Source: Macrostomum lignano (lineage: Eukaryota). From it: a DNA stretch of 64,000 nt. Of the stretch, positions 59,455 to 64,000 are shown piece by piece; positions within the stretch are counted from its first letter, which is position 1, and each line of letters opens with the position of its first letter. Position numbers and translations under genes: made by a program. The DNA is taken from contig NIVC01002277.1 in assembly GCA_002269645.1 (NCBI GenBank), forward strand, positions 62,001-126,000, read 5' to 3'. The notes below the pieces were generated by a model that saw only the letters and a program-made list of their open reading frames with translations, did no database searches and was not told the DNA's origin.

Positions 59455-59625
59455 CTCATGATCTCATGTATGACATCTCATGAGCTCATATATGACATCT
59501 CATGAGCTCACCCATGACATATCATGAGCTTATGAATGATATCACATGAGCTCACATATGAGCTCATACGTGACTTCTAATGAGCTTCCATATGATATGT
59601 ATCATGAGCTCACATATGAGGTCAT
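59455..59625. repeat. Degenerate palindrome-rich repeat (ATGAGCTCAT / CATATG / ATGACAT units)
   Basis: Direct reading. Confidence 0.7.
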
Positions 59626-59873
59626 CGTCGATGATACCAGCTGAGTTCTTACATCACACGTCTTTACTCCTACTTGAGCTATTCTGAGTACATGCGTAGA
59701 TATGAGATTATAGGAGTTCACATAAGGTCACATTATTAGTTTATGTACGCGATCGAATGCATTTCTGCTGGGGAATCAATGAGTTCGTGTGTCAAAAATG
59801 AAACGATTCAAGTTCCAAGTGAGACATCGCTTGACCTCATTTGACTAAGACCAAGCCTCTCTCTCGCTCTCAG

Positions 59874-61764
59874 TCACATCAGGTCGCAGCGAGGTCGCCT
59901 CCGCCTTCGCAGCTTACGCGTCGGCTTCAGGAAGTACAGCTTCCGCTTAGTGCAGACGAGAATCTTGTCCTCGCCTAGCGGCGCAATGCCCGTGATGTCC
60001 GCCAGCTCCTGCAGGAACTCCAAACGCTGCACAAAGATGAACTCGCTTCGCCGGATGATCCAGAACACCCGCTGGCGCTGGTTGTCGGTGAAGATGATTC
60101 GCTTATCGCTGGTAGTGATGATGTGCGCAGGCACAGAGTCGAATATCTGCGTGGTCGTGAGCTTCCTGTACACCCCCGTGCGGTCGTTCACGATGAGAAT
60201 GTGACCCTCCGACGGACAGGAGACCCACAGCATTCGGCGCTCTCTAGTCCAGGTCACGTGATGCGGATGCAAATTCTCGAAGGTGAACCAGTGTCCGGTG
60301 CGGGCCAGGGCGGGGGTGAGGAACTCGACCTTCTGATCGGCCGGCTGCGCCACCACGAGCTCACCGCGGCGCTCGTCGACGTGGAAGCCGGCGAACAGCG
60401 GCTCATCGCTGCCGGCAGCGGCTCCGGGCCGTTCGAGGCGGCGGATCACAAGACCGTCGAGCTGAACGCAGACGATCGCCGACGTCCAGCGGGTGGCGGA
60501 GTCGCTGGGCACAACGCCGCTGACGTAGACGAGCCCGTTAGAGAAAGTCATGTAGTAGCAGCGCATACGGTGACCGCCCAGCACAACGGGGAAGTCTTTC
60601 AACCGACCGTCCTGGCTGGAGTACAGCAGCAGAGAGTGGCTGCAGGAGTTCAGCAGGATCATGTCTACCTGGTCCTCCGGGTCGGCGATCAGGCCGGCTG
60701 CGCCGATCTCCAGGCCGGCCCCGGGATGCTGGAGGTCCAGAAAGCCGGTCTCGATCTCCTTCAGCTTGTAGCTGCTGTGCCGGCGCATGTTGTGCCGGAT
60801 GAAGCTCAGGTCAAGCGCGTCCTCCTCTTCGGCCTCCTCCGAGGACTCGTCTGAAGTTGCGTCGTCTCGCGGATAGCGGGACGGAAGAGACGGCGGCTGC
60901 TGGTGCTGCTGCGCCGTGGCCGATGGCGGCGGCGGCGGAGGCGGCGGCAGCGGCTGCCTGGCGTCGCGTCCTCTTCGATTCGGCTGCGCCGGGTTGCCCA
61001 GCTTCCCTCTGGTCGCCCCGTCCTCGGCGTCCAGCCGGCTGATCAGCTTGTTGAGGTTCTCTCGGACAGCCAGCAGTTCGGCGCGGTCGAAGGCGTCCCG
61101 CTCCAGCTCGGACCGGCGGACGAAGTCCTTGGCCAGATGGGCGAGGATCTCCTGCTTTCGTTCGAGGCTGCGCCTCCGCGTGGAGCTCCTGGCGCAGACC
61201 GGACTGTCGCCACCCAACGACAGCTGCAGCCGACGGCAGTGCCTCTCGGCGATGTAGTCGGCGATGGACTGGTGAGCGGCCGCCGTGGGCAGGGCTCGAA
61301 CTCCGTCCGGCGGCAGGCGAACGGACACGCGACAGAGCGGACAGGCCAGGCTGCCGTGCGAAGCCGGCACCTGTTGCTGCTGCTTCTTCTGCTGCTGCTG
61401 GCTCTCCCAGCGGGCCAGGCACGCAAGGCAGAACACGTGCGAGCAGGGCAGCAGCCGCGGCTGCGACAGCTGGCCCAGGTGGATGGCGCAGGTGGTCAGC
61501 TCCTCCAGCTGTTCCACGCTGCCGCTCGAGTCTTCGCTCGCTGAATCGGCGCCGTTGCCGCCGCCGCTGCCGTCGCCTTCGCCGCCGCTGCCGAGGCCGG
61601 AGCAGCTGTCGAAGCTGCCTCTCCGCGTGTTGGAGCTCTCCTGCGTGCGGGGGTTTGCGCGAAGCACTCAGAATAGCACCAGGCTAAACTATACACTTGG
61701 CTAACGAAGTCGCTTTCTAAGGGAAAAGTGCTCAGAAGCACTCACCGCCTGCCTCCCCTGTCAT
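59874..61764 (-). CDS. RING-finger + C-terminal beta-propeller (TRIM-NHL-like) putative E3 ligase with a polybasic CaaX-like end
   Basis: The 597-codon ORF has CAIH-x8-LPCSHVFCLAC-x~23-CPLCR, a helical/coiled segment, a low-complexity linker, and about 290 aa of beta-strand repeats (LVVAQPADQKVEFL, LWVSCPSEGHILIV, IIFTDNQRQRVFWI). It ends RKLRRRRRPRCDLM*. The large exon has no in-frame Met before the RING. Best cis model: join(61746-61764, 59874-61666), giving MTGEAG|VLRANP with donor GTGAGT at 61745. Confidence 0.75.
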
Positions 61765-62577
61765 TATTCGTGTCCTGAGCTCTCCTCAGTCCCTTCTAGG
61801 TCTGCTGCTGGGATAATTTTAGGGCCACGCCGGCAGCTCTTTGAGAATCATTAGAGACCTTGAAGGCAGGATTCTAGAAGTTGCAGGCCTATATTTATCC
61901 TCTCAGCAGTGATGTACTTAGTCGGGAAGGCTCTTTAGTCTGAACAGCAGTACAAGGAATGGGAGATCAATTCCCGTGACTGACACTTCTGCACGCATTC
62001 CTTTCTCAGCTTCCCAATGACAAATTTGGCCTCAGGTGAGGCTTGCCCAACTCTGGGGATGGCGCTATGGAGATTTGAGTCTGGCCGAGCGGCGCTATCC
62101 GCAGATCGATGCGGCTAATGCGCTACTAAAAATATCCAGAGCGCGTGAAATTGTCTGCCAGCCCGAATCTGCGAGAGACGTGCGCGCGCGTGACTGCGGC
62201 AGCCCCGCTACCCCCCGTCCTGCCCAGCGCTTCTTCGTATTAATTACTGTAGAGGCCTTGTATCCATCATCTTGGCTGCTGCCACTGCGGACTTCAAAGG
62301 GCGGTTTCTAATCCACCGATGGGACCCATTTAATATAGCGAGTACTCCGCAATCCCGCCCTCTCGGTTGCCGCCTCGGGGCCTCCGGTGCACTCAGTTCG
62401 TTCAAAGATTGCACCGCTGGGACAAAGCTGGGGTTGGGAATTGAATGTGGGCTTCACTGGCTGATTGAATTCAGTTCTGGCCTCAGTGCATCCGGGTGAG
62501 CTGCTAGAATGGCAATTAGTGAACTCTGAATTTACGTAAGGCTTTTCTACCCTCTGAAATCCGTGCTGCTCACATCC

Positions 62578-63165
62578 CTGTGACATCAGCAACCGGTAAC
62601 ACTGACATGACATCAGCAATCGGTAACACTGACATGACATCAGCAACCGGTAACACTGACATGACATCAGCAACCTGTAACACTGACATGACATCAGCAA
62701 CCTGTAACACTGACATGACATCAGCAACCGGTAACACTGACATGACATCAGCAACCTGTAACACTGACATGACATCAGCAACCGGTAACACTGACATGAC
62801 ATCAGCAACCGGTAACACTGACATGACATCAGCAACCGGTAACACTGACATGACATCAGCAACCTGTAACACTGACATGACGTCAGCAACCGGTAACACA
62901 GAATTCCTTGTGACATCAGCAACCGGTAACACTGACATGACGTCAGCAACCGGTAACACTGACATGACGTCAGCAATCGGTAACACTGACATGACATCAG
63001 CAACCGGTAACACTGACATGACGTCAGCAACCGGTAACACAGAATTCCTTGTGACATCAGCAACCGGTAACACTGACATGACGTCAGCAACCGGTAACAC
63101 TGAATTCCCTGTGACATCAGCAACCGGTAACACTGAATTCCCTATGACGTCAGCAACCCGTAATG
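62578..63165. repeat. 27-bp minisatellite (GACATCAGCAACCGGTAACACTGACAT)
   Basis: Direct reading. Confidence 0.95.
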
Positions 63166-64000
63166 CGAACATCCGTATGACAGGAAATGATGGAGCTGAC
63201 TGATAACCTCAGTGATAGAAAAGTGCCTTTTGCTCCCGACAGCCTCTGCGGCATCAAAAACCCGCTACGCTGAGGACACTCACCAGGTCCAAGGAACCGG
63301 TCCTAACCGGATTGAGTCGCTTCTGTATCCGGCCGGCCGAACAGGCAGCCCCGGCAGTCTCCATGCAGCGATCGGACAAGTGGAAGGCTGTGCACGTGTG
63401 GGCGGCGGCAAAGCAGGCAGACGGGGAATTCAATGCCTGACTTTCCTTCTAAAACGGCCTTATTTTAAGCTCGTTTTTCTCGTTAGGAAAAAAACTCGCA
63501 TTTGCCGCCTTTTTATTATCTCCATTCCCTCTCTCTCTCTCTCTCCCACTTTTCGCCGAATCCAGTTGAGAGGCGGAGGGCGACGAGAGAGCGGTGCAGA
63601 TGGCGTTGGCGGATGCCGCCACAACCCCCCCCCCTCTACCCCACCTATGGCGGGAAGGGGAAGAAGGGCCGATGGCAACCCTCCCGCGCTGCAGCTGAGG
63701 TCGGGAAGGGCGGGAATGGACTTGAGGAGGGGATCTACTGCATTGAGGAGGCTAGGAATGAGGGGGGGACTGCGCTCCCTACCCCTAGCACCGCGCGCAA
63801 AGCACTTTTGGTATGCCCCGTCTCCCCCCCCCCTAACAGGCTGTCAGTTTGTTCTTTTTCCTCTTCTGCTTCGACGTTTCGTTTTTCTCTGTGTGTTTGT
63901 CCACCAGTGCACTGTGGACCGCATTATAAAATACAGAACTGCTGGACTCTTCAAGAAAAATATTATTGCCATTTTCCGTACCAGTTGCGTAGTAAACTTT

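Noticed and set aside
62272-63440. Divergent plus-strand gene (donor near 62496; open exon 63243-63440)
   Set aside because: The exon candidates are plausible, but I found no homology or confident start. It needs RNA evidence.

Overview
Animal nuclear genomic DNA: GC-rich exons with GT-AG introns, separated by many mini- and microsatellites. It resembles a flatworm genome such as Macrostomum; this is inferred from architecture only. Manual splicing supports five genes. (1) A probable KIAA1549/UPF0606-like type I membrane protein, 5' end outside the window, with exons possibly extending to about 18-22 kb. (2) TMEM138 (4 exons, 161 aa). (3) A tyrosine decarboxylase (10 exons, about 678 aa). (4) A 7-EC protocadherin with one large exon and a probable distal terminal exon. 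(5) A minus-strand RING + beta-propeller (TRIM-NHL-like) protein ending in a polybasic + CaaX-like motif. Most long ORFs in the supplied track come from tandem repeats. Mobile and repeat content includes a full-length tRNA-headed CORE-like SINE with an 8-bp TSD, other tRNA-derived heads, two tandem arrays built from tRNA/Pol III promoter segments, a hAT-like MITE, a MITE containing telomere-like repeats, and an unclassified dispersed hairpin-forming element (about 6 copies). No CRISPR array, rRNA or intact tRNA gene was found. All homology calls come from recalled motifs, not database searches.
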